DNA from: Flavobacteriales bacterium
GTDB taxonomy: Bacteria > Bacteroidota > Bacteroidia > Flavobacteriales > TMED113
NCBI GenBank assembly: GCA_002718035.1
Contig: PBCX01000003.1
Coordinates: 85,393 to 149,392, forward strand
DNA length: 64,000 nt
Direction of reading: 5' to 3'
Made by a program: the position numbers and the translations under genes
Shown here: piece after piece, positions 1 to 12,094 of the stretch
How the letters are laid out: every line of letters starts with the position of its first letter
How positions within the stretch are numbered: position 1 is the first letter of the stretch
The notes under the pieces: model-generated
What the model was told of the DNA's origin: nothing
The model's database searches: none
Seen by the model: the letters and a program-made list of their open reading frames with translations, nothing else

Positions 1-202
1 TAAGATTCTCAGTTTTTTTTTGAAAAATACCTGAAGGAATGGTATGTAAGACATGAGTTTGATTATTAAATTTAATAGTGTGGCCAGCGTTTGGCCCTCC
101 TTGGAAACGGCCAATCAAGTTATACTTTTTGCCTATGAAATCTACAATTTTTCCTTTTCCCTCATCTCCCCATTGTAAACCTAATAATATATCTACTTTC
201 AT
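1..202 (-). CDS. purA: Adenylosuccinate synthetase, N-terminal part (runs off window start)
   Basis: Not in the ORF track. Manual translation from ATG at 202 gives [21 protein letters not shown]...[11 protein letters not shown]...LHTIPSG, the PurA signature motifs. Confidence 0.96.
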   Translation of the reverse strand, partial: MKVDILLGLQWGDEGKGKIVDFIGKKYNLIGRFQGGPNAGHTIKFNNQTHVLHTIPSGIFQKKTENL

Positions 203-206
203 TTTT

Positions 207-677
207 TTATTTTTTACAATTATCATCTAAACATCTTCCATAAAAATTTAAAGAATGTTTTGAAATTTTAAATTTTAAAAGCGTTTCAGCTGAATCAATA
301 ATTTGTTGTAATCTAGGATCGCAAAATTCTTGAATTTTATTGCATTTTTCACAAATTAGGTGATTATGTTGTTTTTTATTTAATGATTTTTCATAAAGTA
401 CTTTTGTATCATTGAAAACATGTTTCTTAACAAGTTCAAGTTTGTTAAATAATTCAATTGTATTATATATTGTTGCTTTACTTATTTTATTTTTTTTAGA
501 TATTAAATTAAAAAGTTCATCAATATCAAAGTGATCATTAATATTGTAAATTTCGTCTAAAATAATACTTCTTTCAGGAGTCTTTCTTAAACCCTGACTT
601 TCTAAGTATTGATTTAATATATCATTTGGATTTGTACTTTCTTTGTTTATCATTTGTAATAAAAATTGATCTAACAA
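207..677 (-). CDS. fur: Fur-family transcriptional regulator
   Basis: [26 protein letters not shown] helix-turn-helix, HNHLICEKC metal motif; rel-fur-purA order. Confidence 0.9.
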   Translation of the reverse strand: MLDQFLLQMINKESTNPNDILNQYLESQGLRKTPERSIILDEIYNINDHFDIDELFNLISKKNKISKATIYNTIELFNKLELVKKHVFNDTKVLYEKSLNKKQHNHLICEKCNKIQEFCDPRLQQIIDSAETLLKFKISKHSLNFYGRCLDDNCKK

Positions 678-693
678 TTTATTAACATTTTCT

Positions 694-2904
694 TTATGAT
701 TTTAATTTTCTGTGAACTTTTTTTATTCCCTCAATTTTCTTAAGTCTATCAATTAATTTTTTAATATGAATTTTATTTTTAACCATAATATCTACTATTC
801 CTTCAAAAAAACCATTTTTACTTTTAAAATTAATTGATTCCATTTCAACTGACATGTCAGTTGAAATTATTTTTGTAATCTTATTAACTACACCTGTTGA
901 ATCTATTCCTTTAATTTCTAAAATTGCTGAAAATTCTAAATCATCTACGTTTATCCAATTTGCCTCAATAGTTCTGTAGCTAAAATTTGTTTTAAGTCTG
1001 ATTGAATTAGGACAATTATAAGAGTGAACTTTGATCCCATCTTCAATTGTTATAAAACCAAATACATCATCTCCAGGTATTGGATTACAGCAAGATGCTA
1101 TTTTATATTCTAATTCATTTTTTTCATCACCAAATCTTAGAATTTTCTTAACATTATCTGAATTATTTATTGATTCTTTTTTTTCAGATTTATTATTTTT
1201 TCTAGTTAATTTAGATTTAAAAAAACCATACCAACTTTCTCTACTTTCAACATATTTTTTTAAATCTGGGTTATTTATTTTTCCGGTTCCTATTTTATAA
1301 AATAACTCTTGACTATCTTGGAGCTTGAAGTAGGCCTGTAACTCATTAATTCTCTTTTCAGTAAATGGAATTTTTAAATGTTTTAATTTTCTTTTTAATA
1401 CTTCTTTTCCCTCCTCTGCAATTATTTTTTTCCCCTCATTTAAAGAACCTTTAATTTTGTTTTTTGCTTTAGACGTAATTACAAAATCTAACCAGTTCTC
1501 TTTTGGTCTTTGTTTTTCAGAGGATATTATTTCAATTTGGTCACCACTTTTTAATTTGTGGCTAATTGGAACAAGTTTTCCATTAACCTTGGTGCCTAAG
1601 CATTTTTTTCCTAGCTCTGTGTGAATGCTAAAAGCGAAGTCTAATGCTGTAGAATCTTTAGGTAATGTTATTAATTCCCCATTTGGGGTAAATACAAAAA
1701 TTTCTTTCGAGTATAGGTTTAATTTAAATTCATTTAAAAAGTCTACAGCATCTTCTTCAGGACTCTCTAGTAATTCTCTTATATTATTAATCCATTTATT
1801 TAAATTGTCTTCTTTTTTATCTTTTTTATTGTTTTTATAAAGCCAATGTGCGGCAAGTCCTTTTTCAGCAATTTGATCCATTCTTTCACTTCTAATTTGA
1901 ACTTCAACCCAATGACCACCTGGCCCCATTACAGTTGTGTGTAAAGATTCATATCCATTTGTTTTAGGAGTTGAGATCCAATCTCTTAACCTATCAGGGT
2001 TAGGCTTGTAATAGTCTGTGACAATTGAGTATATTTTCCAACAATCAGACTTCTCATTTGATTCCGAGGAATTTGTAATAATTCTAATTGCAAATTTATC
2101 AAAAACTTCTTCAAAATTTATTTGTTGTTTTGACATTTTTTTTCTGATTGAAAAAATTGATTTAGGCCTACCTTTGATTGAGACAGAAAAACCTTCTTTT
2201 TTTATTTTGGATTTAATAGGTTTGAGAAAATGTTTTATATATTTTTCTCTTTCATTTTTTGTTTCATTTAGTTTACGAGAAATTTCAAAATACTTTTCAG
2301 TTTCAGTATATTTTAATGAAAGATCTTCAAGTTCAGTTTTAATAGAGTAGAGTCCTAATCTGTGTGCTAGTGGAGCATAAATATACAATGTTTCAGATGC
2401 TATTTTCTTTCTTTTTCTGTCTTCTAGATGCTCAAGTGTTCTCATATTATCTAACCTATCAGCTAGTTTTATTAAGATTACATTAACATCATCAGATAAT
2501 GTTAGTAGCATTTTTCTGAAATTTTCAGCTTGAATTGAATTAGCACTGTCTATCAAGTCTGATATTTTTGTTAATCCATCAATTATATTCGAAACTTTTT
2601 TGCCAAATAAATTTTCAATTTCCTTTAATTTAATTTCACTGTCTTCAACAACATCATGAAGTAATGCGCATTTAATTGCTAATGCCCCAAGGCCTATCTC
2701 TTTAGCTGCAATTTTTGCAACAGACAATGGATGTAATATGTAAGGTTCTCCGGATTTTCTTTTTATATTTTTATGTGCAACAAAGGCAGTTTCAAATGCT
2801 TTTTTTAATTCTTTTTTTTCTTCAACATTAACTTTATCACTGCAGTATCTAATCAATGATCTGTATTTACTTAAAATTTCTTTTGGAATTTCCAATTCTT
2901 GCAT
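694..2904 (-). CDS. relA: Bifunctional (p)ppGpp synthetase/hydrolase (Rel/SpoT)
   Basis: RKSGEPYILHP, intact HD motif LLHDVVED, KLADRLDNMRTL, GYESLHT, EVQIR, TGS domain, CCNPIPGD and C-terminal ACT domain. Confidence 0.95.
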   Translation of the reverse strand: MQELEIPKEILSKYRSLIRYCSDKVNVEEKKELKKAFETAFVAHKNIKRKSGEPYILHPLSVAKIAAKEIGLGALAIKCALLHDVVEDSEIKLKEIENLFGKKVSNIIDGLTKISDLIDSANSIQAENFRKMLLTLSDDVNVILIKLADRLDNMRTLEHLEDRKRKKIASETLYIYAPLAHRLGLYSIKTELEDLSLKYTETEKYFEISRKLNETKNEREKYIKHFLKPIKSKIKKEGFSVSIKGRPKSIFSIRKKMSKQQINFEEVFDKFAIRIITNSSESNEKSDCWKIYSIVTDYYKPNPDRLRDWISTPKTNGYESLHTTVMGPGGHWVEVQIRSERMDQIAEKGLAAHWLYKNNKKDKKEDNLNKWINNIRELLESPEEDAVDFLNEFKLNLYSKEIFVFTPNGELITLPKDSTALDFAFSIHTELGKKCLGTKVNGKLVPISHKLKSGDQIEIISSEKQRPKENWLDFVITSKAKNKIKGSLNEGKKIIAEEGKEVLKRKLKHLKIPFTEKRINELQAYFKLQDSQELFYKIGTGKINNPDLKKYVESRESWYGFFKSKLTRKNNKSEKKESINNSDNVKKILRFGDEKNELEYKIASCCNPIPGDDVFGFITIEDGIKVHSYNCPNSIRLKTNFSYRTIEANWINVDDLEFSAILEIKGIDSTGVVNKITKIISTDMSVEMESINFKSKNGFFEGIVDIMVKNKIHIKKLIDRLKKIEGIKKVHRKLKS

Positions 2905-2909
2905 ATTTA

Positions 2910-4163
2910 TTAAATAATTTTGTTACTTAATTTTCCAAAACCAATTCTTATGTCTTTATTTTGTGAATAACCCTTCATAATAACGGTGTCACCATCTTTT
3001 AAAAATTTTCTTTCTTCACCGTTATTCAAATAAATAGATTCTTTACCTGCCCATGAAATTTCAAGCATTGATCCAAATTCTGATTTATTTGGTCCAGAAA
3101 TAGTACCAGAGGCCATTAAGTCACCTGCTTTAATATTGCATCCATTTATTGCGTGATGTGTTAATTGTTGAGCCATATTCCAATACATATATTTGAAATT
3201 TGACTTAGAAACAGTTGTTGGTTCAGAGTCGAGCGATTTTATTTGGACTTCTAGCTCCACATTAAAGTTTTTATCTCCATTAAACTTTAAATAATCTAAG
3301 ACTTCAGGTACTTGTTTTTCTCCGGCAATTCTGAAAGGCTCAAGAGCATCAAGAGTAACAATCCATGGGGAAATACTAGAATTAAAACTTTTTCCTAAAA
3401 AAGGTCCTAGTGGAACATATTCCCATTTTTGAATATCCCTAGCAGACCAATCGTTAAACAGACACAATCCAAAAATATAGTCTTCTGCTTTTTCAATATC
3501 AATGCTTTCTCCGAGCTTGTTAGATTTTCCAGTTATAAATGCCATTTCTAATTCAAAGTCTAAAAGTTTTGATTTAGAAAAAATTGGTTTGTTGGATTCT
3601 TTGTTTAAAATTTGACCACTTGGTCTCTTTACATCAGTTCCAGAAATTACAATAGATGATGATCTGCCATGATACCCTACAGGAATGTGAAGCCAATTTG
3701 GTAATAAAGCATTTTCAGGATCTCTAAACATTTTACCAACATTTGTAGCATGGTCTTTACTGGAATAAAAATCTGTATAATCACCAATTTTTACAGGTAG
3801 AACCATTTCTATATTTTTATTAAATAAAATATTTTGATTTAAAATTTTTGATTTAAAATTATTCTTAATATCAAATATTTCAGCAATTTTGTTTCTAACT
3901 TTCCTCCAAATAGATTTATCATGTTCTAAAAACTTGTTTAGGTTTGGTTCTTGGAAAGTATGTTCTGCAAGATCTATTTTATTAAAATAACCTTCTTTTT
4001 CAAGATTTTTTATACTAATAACTGTTTCACCAATTATAGTGGCAATATGAAAATCATTCTGATTTGTTTTAAATACTCCAAAAGGAATATTTTGTATAGG
4101 AAAATCACAATTATTATCATAGTTTATCCAAGATTTTCTTTCTGTATTGTTTGCTGATAACAT
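2910..4163 (-). CDS. fahA: Fumarylacetoacetase
   Basis: FPIQNIPFGVF, GDYTDFYSS, PVGYHGRSSS, LDFELEM, NDWSARDIQKWEYVPLGPF. Confidence 0.95.
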   Translation of the reverse strand: MLSANNTERKSWINYDNNCDFPIQNIPFGVFKTNQNDFHIATIIGETVISIKNLEKEGYFNKIDLAEHTFQEPNLNKFLEHDKSIWRKVRNKIAEIFDIKNNFKSKILNQNILFNKNIEMVLPVKIGDYTDFYSSKDHATNVGKMFRDPENALLPNWLHIPVGYHGRSSSIVISGTDVKRPSGQILNKESNKPIFSKSKLLDFELEMAFITGKSNKLGESIDIEKAEDYIFGLCLFNDWSARDIQKWEYVPLGPFLGKSFNSSISPWIVTLDALEPFRIAGEKQVPEVLDYLKFNGDKNFNVELEVQIKSLDSEPTTVSKSNFKYMYWNMAQQLTHHAINGCNIKAGDLMASGTISGPNKSEFGSMLEISWAGKESIYLNNGEERKFLKDGDTVIMKGYSQNKDIRIGFGKLSNKII

Positions 4164-4220
4164 AAGTTGTATTTTTGAAAATAAATAATAACTTTAAATA
4201 TATAATTTAAAACAAAAAAT

Positions 4221-5495
4221 GTGAATAAAGATCAAATAATTTTTTCATTAATTGAAAAAGAAAAAAATAGACAAATAAATGGCATTGAACTTATAGCATC
4301 TGAAAATTATGTAAGTGATCAAGTATTAAGTGTTGCCGGTTCATGTTTAACTAATAAGTATGCTGAAGGATATCCTAATAAAAGATATTATGGAGGCTGT
4401 CAATATGTTGATCAAATTGAACAAATTGCAATAGACAGGGCAAAAAAAATATTTGGTGTTGAATATGCAAATGTGCAACCTCATTCTGGCTCCCAAGCAA
4501 ACTTTGCTGTTTTTTCTGCTTGTTTGAATCCCGGTGATAAAATTTTAGGTTTTGATTTATCACACGGAGGGCATTTAACTCATGGCTCGTCTGTTAATTT
4601 TTCTGGAAAATTGTATGATCCATACTTTTATGGGGTCTCTAAAGACAATGGTTTAATTGATTACGATGAAATGGAAAGAATTGCTAAAGACCAAAAACCG
4701 AAAATGATAATATGTGGAGCCTCTGCTTACTCCAGAGATTGGGATTATTCAAGATTTCGTAAAGTCGCGGACGAAATTGGTGCTATATTATTAGCAGATA
4801 TTTCACATCCTGCTGGCTTAATTTCGAAGGGATTATTAAATAATCCATTTGATTATTGTCACATTGTAACTTCAACGACTCATAAAACACTAAGAGGACC
4901 TAGGGGAGGTATAATAATGATTGGCAAGGATTTTGAAAATCCATTTGGTAAAAAAACAAAAAAAGGAGATTTAAAGATGATGTCAACTTTAATTAACTCC
5001 TCAGTTTTCCCTGGATGTCAAGGTGGTCCACTAGAACATTTAATTGGAGCCAAAGCGGTTGCTTTCTCTGAAATTATGGATGATAAATTTTTAGATTACA
5101 TTAATCAAGTTAAAATAAACGCCTCTGTTATGGCTGAATCTTTAATTTCATTGGGGTATAATATTATTTCTTCAGGTACAGACAATCATTGCATACTAAT
5201 TGATTTAAGATCAAAAAATATTACAGGAAAAGATGCTGAATATGCTTTAGGATTAGCTGATATAACTGTAAATAAAAACATGGTTCCATTTGATGATAAA
5301 TCCCCATTTATTACATCTGGTATTAGAATTGGGACCCCAGCAATTACTACAAGGGGAATTAAAGAAACTGAGATTAAAAAAATAGTTGAATTTATTGATA
5401 AAGCAATATTTAACTATCAAAATAATAATAAAATGAAAGGACTTCGTGAAGAAATTAACAAAATGATGTCACAATATCCAATCTTTGTAAATTAA
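4221..5495 (+). CDS. glyA: Serine hydroxymethyltransferase
   Basis: [31 protein letters not shown] lysine in [12 protein letters not shown]; GTG start. Confidence 0.97.
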   Translation: MNKDQIIFSLIEKEKNRQINGIELIASENYVSDQVLSVAGSCLTNKYAEGYPNKRYYGGCQYVDQIEQIAIDRAKKIFGVEYANVQPHSGSQANFAVFSACLNPGDKILGFDLSHGGHLTHGSSVNFSGKLYDPYFYGVSKDNGLIDYDEMERIAKDQKPKMIICGASAYSRDWDYSRFRKVADEIGAILLADISHPAGLISKGLLNNPFDYCHIVTSTTHKTLRGPRGGIIMIGKDFENPFGKKTKKGDLKMMSTLINSSVFPGCQGGPLEHLIGAKAVAFSEIMDDKFLDYINQVKINASVMAESLISLGYNIISSGTDNHCILIDLRSKNITGKDAEYALGLADITVNKNMVPFDDKSPFITSGIRIGTPAITTRGIKETEIKKIVEFIDKAIFNYQNNNKMKGLREEINKMMSQYPIFVN

Positions 5496-5502
5496 TTTAT
5501 TT

Positions 5503-6585
5503 ATGAAATGTGGAATAGTAGGGCTTCCTAATGTTGGAAAGTCAACTTTATTTAATTGTTTGTCTAGATCAAAAGCTTTAGCCGCAAATTACCCTTTTGC
5601 AACTATTGATCCAAATATTGGAATTATTCCAGTACCTGATAAAAGATTAAATCAGTTATCTAAATTATTTAATCCGCAAAATACTATATCTGCAACTGTT
5701 GAAATAGTTGATATTGCAGGTTTAGTTAAAGGGGCTAGTAAAGGTGAGGGTCTTGGAAATAAATTTTTATCAAATATTAAGGAAACTAATGCCATTATGC
5801 ATGTATTAAGATGTTTTGATGATGATAATATAACTCATGTGGATGGAAATGTAAACCCAGTTAGAGATAAAGAAATTATTGATTATGAATTATTAGTTAA
5901 GGACTTAGAAACCTTGGACAAAAAAATTAATAGTTTAAATAGATTAGCTAATACCGGAGATAAAAATGCAGTTTCACAAATTGAAATTTTAAAAAAATAT
6001 AAAGAAAAACTATCTGAAGGCAAATCTGCACGTTCTTTTGAAATTGATGATGATGAATTTATAGATGAACTACAGTTGTTAACAAATAAGCCTGTTTTGT
6101 ATGTATGCAATGTTGATCAAAATTCAATGGAAGGTAATAACTATACAAAACAAATTTCAGATAAAATTACGGATGAAAATGCAAAAATGATAATAATTGC
6201 TGCAGGTATAGAATCTGAAATTAATGAGCTTGAATCAGAGGATGATAGAAGTGAATTTTTAAAAGATATTGGTTTAAATGAACCAGGAGTTAATAAAATA
6301 ATTAGATCTACTTATTCTTTATTAGGTTTACAAACTTTTTTTACTGCTGGAGAAAAAGAAGTTAGAGCTTGGACAATAAAAAAAGAATCTTTAGCTCCCA
6401 AGGCTGCTGGAAAAATCCATACAGATTTTGAAAAAGGATTTATAAGGGCTGAGGTTATTGCATTTGATGACATGATCAAGTATGGAAATGAATCTAAATG
6501 TCGTGAGAATGGAAAAATTTTTATTGAAGGCAAAAATTACACAGTAAAAGACGGTGATATAATTCATTTCAGATTTAATGTTTAA
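5503..6585 (+). CDS. ychF: Redox-regulated ATPase YchF
   Basis: GIVGLPNVGKSTLFN, ANYPFATIDPN, DIAGLVKGASKGEGLGNKFL, C-terminal TGS ending FRFNV. Confidence 0.97.
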   Translation: MKCGIVGLPNVGKSTLFNCLSRSKALAANYPFATIDPNIGIIPVPDKRLNQLSKLFNPQNTISATVEIVDIAGLVKGASKGEGLGNKFLSNIKETNAIMHVLRCFDDDNITHVDGNVNPVRDKEIIDYELLVKDLETLDKKINSLNRLANTGDKNAVSQIEILKKYKEKLSEGKSARSFEIDDDEFIDELQLLTNKPVLYVCNVDQNSMEGNNYTKQISDKITDENAKMIIIAAGIESEINELESEDDRSEFLKDIGLNEPGVNKIIRSTYSLLGLQTFFTAGEKEVRAWTIKKESLAPKAAGKIHTDFEKGFIRAEVIAFDDMIKYGNESKCRENGKIFIEGKNYTVKDGDIIHFRFNV

Positions 6586-6685
6586 AGAAAAATTCATTTA
6601 TTGTTGATAAGTTCTTATCATTTTAATCACTAAATATTCTTTTTTTCTTCATTGATTATTATTTTTAGTATTGTTTAAAAAAGAC

Positions 6686-8533
6686 ATGAGTCAAAACAAT
6701 TATACAGAAGAAAATATAAAATCCCTTGATTGGAAGGAGCATATAAGGATGCGTCCTGGTATGTATATTGGTAAAAAAGGAGATGGATCTTCAACTGATG
6801 ATGGAATATATGTATTGTTAAAAGAGATAATGGATAATTGTATGGATGAGTTTGTGATGGGCTATGGTAAGACAATTGATTTAAGTGTTAAAAATCAAAA
6901 AGTTATTATTAGAGATTATGGTAGAGGAATTCCACTTGGAAAAGTGGTTGATTGTGTCTCTAAAATAAATACGGGAGGAAAGTATGATACTAAGGCTTTT
7001 AAAAAAGCAGTTGGATTGAATGGTGTAGGGACTAAAGCTGTTAATGCATTGTCTGAATACTTTAAAGTACAAAGTATTCGTGATGGTAAAACTAAAATTG
7101 TTGAATTCAATAGAGGATCCATTATTCTTGATGATGAAATAAAGGATTCTTCTCAAAGAAACGGTACTAGAATAATGTTTGTTCCCGATTCTGAGATCTT
7201 TTCCAATTTTAAATTTTTAGATCATCATATTTCTACTATGATTTGGAATTATGTGTATCTAAATCCAGGCTTAACAATTATTTACAATAATCAAAAGTTT
7301 TTTTCTGAAAATGGATTAAAAGATTTATTGACTTCTAAACTAGAGACATCAATTACATACCCAATTATACATTTAATGGGAGATGATATTGAAGTTGCTT
7401 TATCTCATTCAAAATCTAAATATGGTGAAACATATTTTTCTTTTGTTAATGGTCAACACACTACTCAAGGAGGGACTCATCAAGTTGCATTCAGAGAAGC
7501 TATTGCAAAAACTTTTAAAGAATTTTTTAATAAAAACTTTGAAGCTTCTGATATTAGACAATCAATTGTTGCCGCAGTTAGTATTAAGGTGATGGAACCA
7601 GTTTTTGAGTCGCAAACTAAAACAAAATTAGGATCTACAGAAATGGGGGATAGTCTTCCAACAATTAGAACGTATATAAATGAGTTTGTAAAAAGAAAAT
7701 TAGATAATTTTTTACATAAAAACCCTGAAATAAGTGACATCATTTTAAAAAAAATTCAACAGGCAGAGAAAGAAAGAAAAGACTTAGTAGGTATAAAGAA
7801 ATTAAGTAGAGAGAGAGCAAAGAAGTCTAGTTTACACAACAAAAAACTAAGAGATTGTAAAGTTCATTATAACGATTTAAAAAAAGAAAGAAGATTAGAG
7901 ACTACTTTATTTATAACAGAGGGTGATTCTGCAAGTGGATCAATAACGAAAGCAAGAGATGTATATACCCAAGCTGTATTTAGTTTGAAAGGAAAACCTT
8001 TGAATTGTTATGGTTTAACAAAAAAAGTAGTTTATGAAAATGAAGAGTTTAATTTACTTCAAAGTGCATTAAATATTGAAAATGAAATTGAAAACTTAAG
8101 ATATAATAATATTGTAATAGCAACTGATGCAGATGTTGATGGGATGCATATAAGATTATTAATTATTACATTTTTTCTTCAATTTTTTCCTGATTTAGTT
8201 AAAGAAGGCCATTTATACATATTACAAACCCCACTTTTTAGAGTTAGAAATAAAAAAGAAACAATTTATTGTTACGATAATAATCAAAAATTAGAGGCTG
8301 AAAAAAAATTAACTGGAAAGTTAGAAATAACAAGATTCAAAGGTTTAGGTGAGATTTCTCCTCATGAATTTAAAAACTTTATAGGATCAGATATTAAACT
8401 AGATCCTGTTTTATTAAAAAATGATTCAGAAATTGAAGCTTTATTAACTTTTTATATGGGAAAAAACACCCAAGATCGTCAAAACTTTATTATTGATAAT
8501 TTAAGAATGGAAAAAGATATAATTGATAATTAA
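6686..8533 (+). CDS. parE: DNA topoisomerase IV subunit B (Bacteroidota type)
   Basis: [15 protein letters not shown] ATPase, EGDSA, PLN and DADVDG TOPRIM motifs, RFKGLGE. Start moved from TTG 6671 to ATG 6686. Confidence 0.9.
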   Translation: MSQNNYTEENIKSLDWKEHIRMRPGMYIGKKGDGSSTDDGIYVLLKEIMDNCMDEFVMGYGKTIDLSVKNQKVIIRDYGRGIPLGKVVDCVSKINTGGKYDTKAFKKAVGLNGVGTKAVNALSEYFKVQSIRDGKTKIVEFNRGSIILDDEIKDSSQRNGTRIMFVPDSEIFSNFKFLDHHISTMIWNYVYLNPGLTIIYNNQKFFSENGLKDLLTSKLETSITYPIIHLMGDDIEVALSHSKSKYGETYFSFVNGQHTTQGGTHQVAFREAIAKTFKEFFNKNFEASDIRQSIVAAVSIKVMEPVFESQTKTKLGSTEMGDSLPTIRTYINEFVKRKLDNFLHKNPEISDIILKKIQQAEKERKDLVGIKKLSRERAKKSSLHNKKLRDCKVHYNDLKKERRLETTLFITEGDSASGSITKARDVYTQAVFSLKGKPLNCYGLTKKVVYENEEFNLLQSALNIENEIENLRYNNIVIATDADVDGMHIRLLIITFFLQFFPDLVKEGHLYILQTPLFRVRNKKETIYCYDNNQKLEAEKKLTGKLEITRFKGLGEISPHEFKNFIGSDIKLDPVLLKNDSEIEALLTFYMGKNTQDRQNFIIDNLRMEKDIIDN

Positions 8534-8534
8534 T

Positions 8535-11114
8535 ATGATTGAAGATAATTTGGAAAATAATGAAGAATTAAATGAAATTACAAAGGTTATTCCAATTTCT
8601 GGAATGTACCAAAATTGGTTTCTTGATTATGCCTCATATGTAATTTTAGAAAGAGCTGTTCCATATATTTTAGATGGATTAAAGCCAGTTCAGAGAAGAA
8701 TCTTACATTCTCTTAAAGAGTTAGATGATGGAAGATATCACAAAGTTGCGAACTTAATCGGAAATACAATGAAGTATCATCCTCATGGTGACGCATCGAT
8801 TGGTGATGCTTTAGTAAAGTTAGGCCAAAAAGGACTTTTGATTGATATGCAAGGAAATTGGGGTAACGTATCAACTGGTGATAAAGCTGCAGCTGCAAGA
8901 TATATTGAAGCTAGACTTTCTCATTTTGCATTGGATGTATGTTATAGCCCTAAAGTAACAAAGTGGAAAACTTCATACGACGGAAGAGCAAACGAACCTG
9001 ATTATTTGCCAATTAAATTTCCTTTGCTATTATTTCAAGGAGTTGAAGGTATTGCCGTTGGTTTATCTACAAAAATACTTCCTCATAATTTTAACGAATT
9101 AATTGATGCTTCTATTTCTATTTTAAATGGAAGAAATAAAAAAATTAAACCTGATTTTCAATCAGGTGGTTTAGCTGATTTTAGTAATTATAATGATGGT
9201 AAAAAAGGAGGTAAAGTTAGAGTTAGAGCAAAAATCGAAGAGATTGATAAAAAAACATTAAACATTTCAGAGTTGCCCTATAATGTGACTACTACTACAT
9301 TAATTGATTCTATATTGAGGGCTAATGATAAAGGAAAAATTAAAATTAAGAATATTCAAAATAATACCGCAGATAAAGTTGACATTGTTATTACAATTGC
9401 TAATGATGTTTCAATTGATAAAACTATAGACGCTCTTTATGCTTTTACAGATTGTGAAATTTCTGTTTATCCTGTTACTTGTGTAATTCAGAATGATACA
9501 CCAATATTTACCGACATATCCAATATTTTAAAAATTTCAACCGAAAACACTAAATTAATTCTAACGCAAGAACTTGAAATTAAATTAAATGAATTAAACG
9601 AAAAGTGGCATAGTGCAACATTGGAAAGAATATTCATTGAAGAAAAAATATACAGAGATATAGAAGATGTTGATAGTTGGCAAGGAATAATTGATGTAAT
9701 TTTTCAAGGTTTAAAACCATTTGTTAATATTTTAAAAAGAAAAGTTACCATTGAAGATGTTGAGAGATTAACTGAAATTAAGATAAAAAGAATTAGTAAA
9801 TATGATTTAAATAAAGAAAATGAAAAAGTTAAGTTGATTGAAGACTCCATAAAAGATGTTCAAAATAATCTAGATAATATTACAATTTATTCAATTCAGT
9901 ATTTTAAGAAAATAAAAGAAAAATATGGTAAAGGCAGAGAAAGAAAAACTAAAGAAAGAATTTTCGATACAATTGAAGCTTCTAAAGTAGCGTTAGCTAA
10001 TAAAAAGCTATATACCAATAAAACAGAGGGTTTTATTGGTACATCTATGAGAAAAGATGAGTATATTTTAGAATGTTCTGATATTGACGATATTATAGTT
10101 TTTAAGAAAGATGGAACAATGTTGGTGACTAAAGTATCTTCTAAAATATTTGTTGGAAAAGATATAATTCATATTGATGTTTTCAAAAAAAATGACTTAA
10201 GAACAACTTATAATATGATATACAGAGATAAGTCATCAAATAAAACTTATTTAAAACGTTTTCCTGTTAAAGGTGTAACTAGAAATAAAGATTATAACTT
10301 AGGTAGTAAAAGTGGTTCTGATGTAATTTATTTCTCTGCAAATCCAAATGGAGAAGCTGAGTTAGTTTCTTTAATATTGAGAGCAAAGGCTAGATTGAAA
10401 AAATTAAAATTTGATGTTGATTTTTCTGAATTTGATATTAAAAGTAGGGGTGTTCGTGGAAATTTAATTTGTAAACATTATGTAAGAAAAATTGAGTTAA
10501 AAAACGAAGGAGTCTCAACCCTAGCAGCAAAGAAAATTTGGTATGATGAATCTGTAAAAAGATTAAATGACTTAGGGCATGGAAGTTTATTAGGGGAGTT
10601 TTCAGGTGATGATAAGATTATATTAATTTCAGAACTTGGTTATTTTAATTTACTGTCTTATGATTTATCTAATCATTTTCCAGAAAATATTAAAATATTA
10701 GAGAAATATGACCCTGATAGTGTTCTAACATGTATTTACTATAATTCCATAAATAAATTACACTATATAAAAAGATTTAATCCTAAAAACACAAATAGAA
10801 AGCTCTATTATATATCTGAAAATAAAGGTCTTGATTTAAAATTTATTTTTTTTGATAACAAAAAAGTGAAATTAAATTTTAAAAAAGGAAAAAATGGAAA
10901 AACTAAAGAATCAATTGAAATTTTACCCTCTGATTTTATTTCAATAAAAGGATATGAAGCAATAGGTAAACAATTATCTCAATACAAACTTAAATCTGTT
11001 GAGTTAGTAGATATTGATATTAAGAAAAATATACCTCCCCCCGAAGACCTTGAGAATAAAGATCAGGATTTTAATAATTCTAATGGTCAAATCATGCTTG
11101 ATTTTAATCAATAG
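8535..11114 (+). CDS. parC: DNA topoisomerase IV subunit A
   Basis: DYASYVILERA, DGLKPVQRR, YHPHGD, catalytic Tyr in AAARYIEARL; follows parE. Likely start is ATG 8535. Confidence 0.9.
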   Translation: MIEDNLENNEELNEITKVIPISGMYQNWFLDYASYVILERAVPYILDGLKPVQRRILHSLKELDDGRYHKVANLIGNTMKYHPHGDASIGDALVKLGQKGLLIDMQGNWGNVSTGDKAAAARYIEARLSHFALDVCYSPKVTKWKTSYDGRANEPDYLPIKFPLLLFQGVEGIAVGLSTKILPHNFNELIDASISILNGRNKKIKPDFQSGGLADFSNYNDGKKGGKVRVRAKIEEIDKKTLNISELPYNVTTTTLIDSILRANDKGKIKIKNIQNNTADKVDIVITIANDVSIDKTIDALYAFTDCEISVYPVTCVIQNDTPIFTDISNILKISTENTKLILTQELEIKLNELNEKWHSATLERIFIEEKIYRDIEDVDSWQGIIDVIFQGLKPFVNILKRKVTIEDVERLTEIKIKRISKYDLNKENEKVKLIEDSIKDVQNNLDNITIYSIQYFKKIKEKYGKGRERKTKERIFDTIEASKVALANKKLYTNKTEGFIGTSMRKDEYILECSDIDDIIVFKKDGTMLVTKVSSKIFVGKDIIHIDVFKKNDLRTTYNMIYRDKSSNKTYLKRFPVKGVTRNKDYNLGSKSGSDVIYFSANPNGEAELVSLILRAKARLKKLKFDVDFSEFDIKSRGVRGNLICKHYVRKIELKNEGVSTLAAKKIWYDESVKRLNDLGHGSLLGEFSGDDKIILISELGYFNLLSYDLSNHFPENIKILEKYDPDSVLTCIYYNSINKLHYIKRFNPKNTNRKLYYISENKGLDLKFIFFDNKKVKLNFKKGKNGKTKESIEILPSDFISIKGYEAIGKQLSQYKLKSVELVDIDIKKNIPPPEDLENKDQDFNNSNGQIMLDFNQ

Positions 11115-11139
11115 ATTTTTTAAAGTGCCTTTTTGTTGA

Positions 11140-11147
11140 TAGATTTG
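11140..11147 (+). promoter_or_regulatory. Bacteroidota -7 promoter element
   Basis: TAGATTTG matches TAnnTTTG, 17 nt before the PorP/SprF ATG. Confidence 0.5.
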
Positions 11148-11164
11148 TAGTATCTTGAGATTTT

Positions 11165-12094
11165 ATGAAAACTTATAATTTATTTTTTTTTCTATTATTT
11201 TTAAGTTGTTTTGCTTATGCTCAACAATTACCCTTAAATAGTCAATATATTTATAATCCACTTGTTATAAATCCCTCTTTCGCTGGTATTTCTGAATCAT
11301 CATCTATTGTTTTAATGAATAGAAATCAGTGGGCAGGTTTTGTCGATGATCAAATCTTGACTACTTCGGTATCTGCTCACCATGCTTTAAATAATCAAAA
11401 GCATGGGGTAGGAGCTTTATTGTTCTCTGATAGAACAGGTGCAATAAATATTCATGGATTAGATTTAATGTATTCATTTAAATTTCCAGTGTTTTTAGAT
11501 TATAATTTTTCTTTAGGTATTTCTGCTAATTTATATCAATATCTTTTTGATGACTCTGATTTCAATACTGCAATGTATGATCCTTTAATTTCAGGCCAGG
11601 TTCATAAAAAAATTAACTTTGATTCTAACTTTGGTTTTTTATTCTACGATGATTTCTTATTTTTAGGAGGGTCAGTTGTAAATTTAGTTCAGTCTAAAGT
11701 TTTGGATAATGAATTAACACAGCCAAATCAATTTGCAAGAAATTTTTATTTTTTTGGAGGCTACAGTTTTTCTGATACAGAATCAAAAATAGATTTTGAA
11801 CAAAGCTTTTTATTAAAAAAGACACAGTTTACTGATTTTCAATATGACATTAATTTAAAAACTATATTTAGTGATATTTTTTGGTTAGGTGCTGGTTACA
11901 GAAGCAATAAAGAAGTTGTTGGGTTATTTGGTTTTAACTATGACAGATTTTCAATAATATACTCTATTGATTATAATTATGGTGATATAGGAAATTACTC
12001 AGGAGCTTCCCATGAGTTTTCTTTGGTTTATTACTTTAGAAATGGATCCAATATTAATTGGCAAAAAAATAGAATTTTATTTGAAAGATTCTAA
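11165..12094 (+). CDS. Type IX secretion system PorP/SprF family outer-membrane protein
   Basis: Signal peptide then QQLPLNSQYIYNPLVINPSFAG, RNQWAG, WLGAGYR and SHEFSL, typical PorP/SprF motifs. Confidence 0.88.
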   Translation: MKTYNLFFFLLFLSCFAYAQQLPLNSQYIYNPLVINPSFAGISESSSIVLMNRNQWAGFVDDQILTTSVSAHHALNNQKHGVGALLFSDRTGAINIHGLDLMYSFKFPVFLDYNFSLGISANLYQYLFDDSDFNTAMYDPLISGQVHKKINFDSNFGFLFYDDFLFLGGSVVNLVQSKVLDNELTQPNQFARNFYFFGGYSFSDTESKIDFEQSFLLKKTQFTDFQYDINLKTIFSDIFWLGAGYRSNKEVVGLFGFNYDRFSIIYSIDYNYGDIGNYSGASHEFSLVYYFRNGSNINWQKNRILFERF

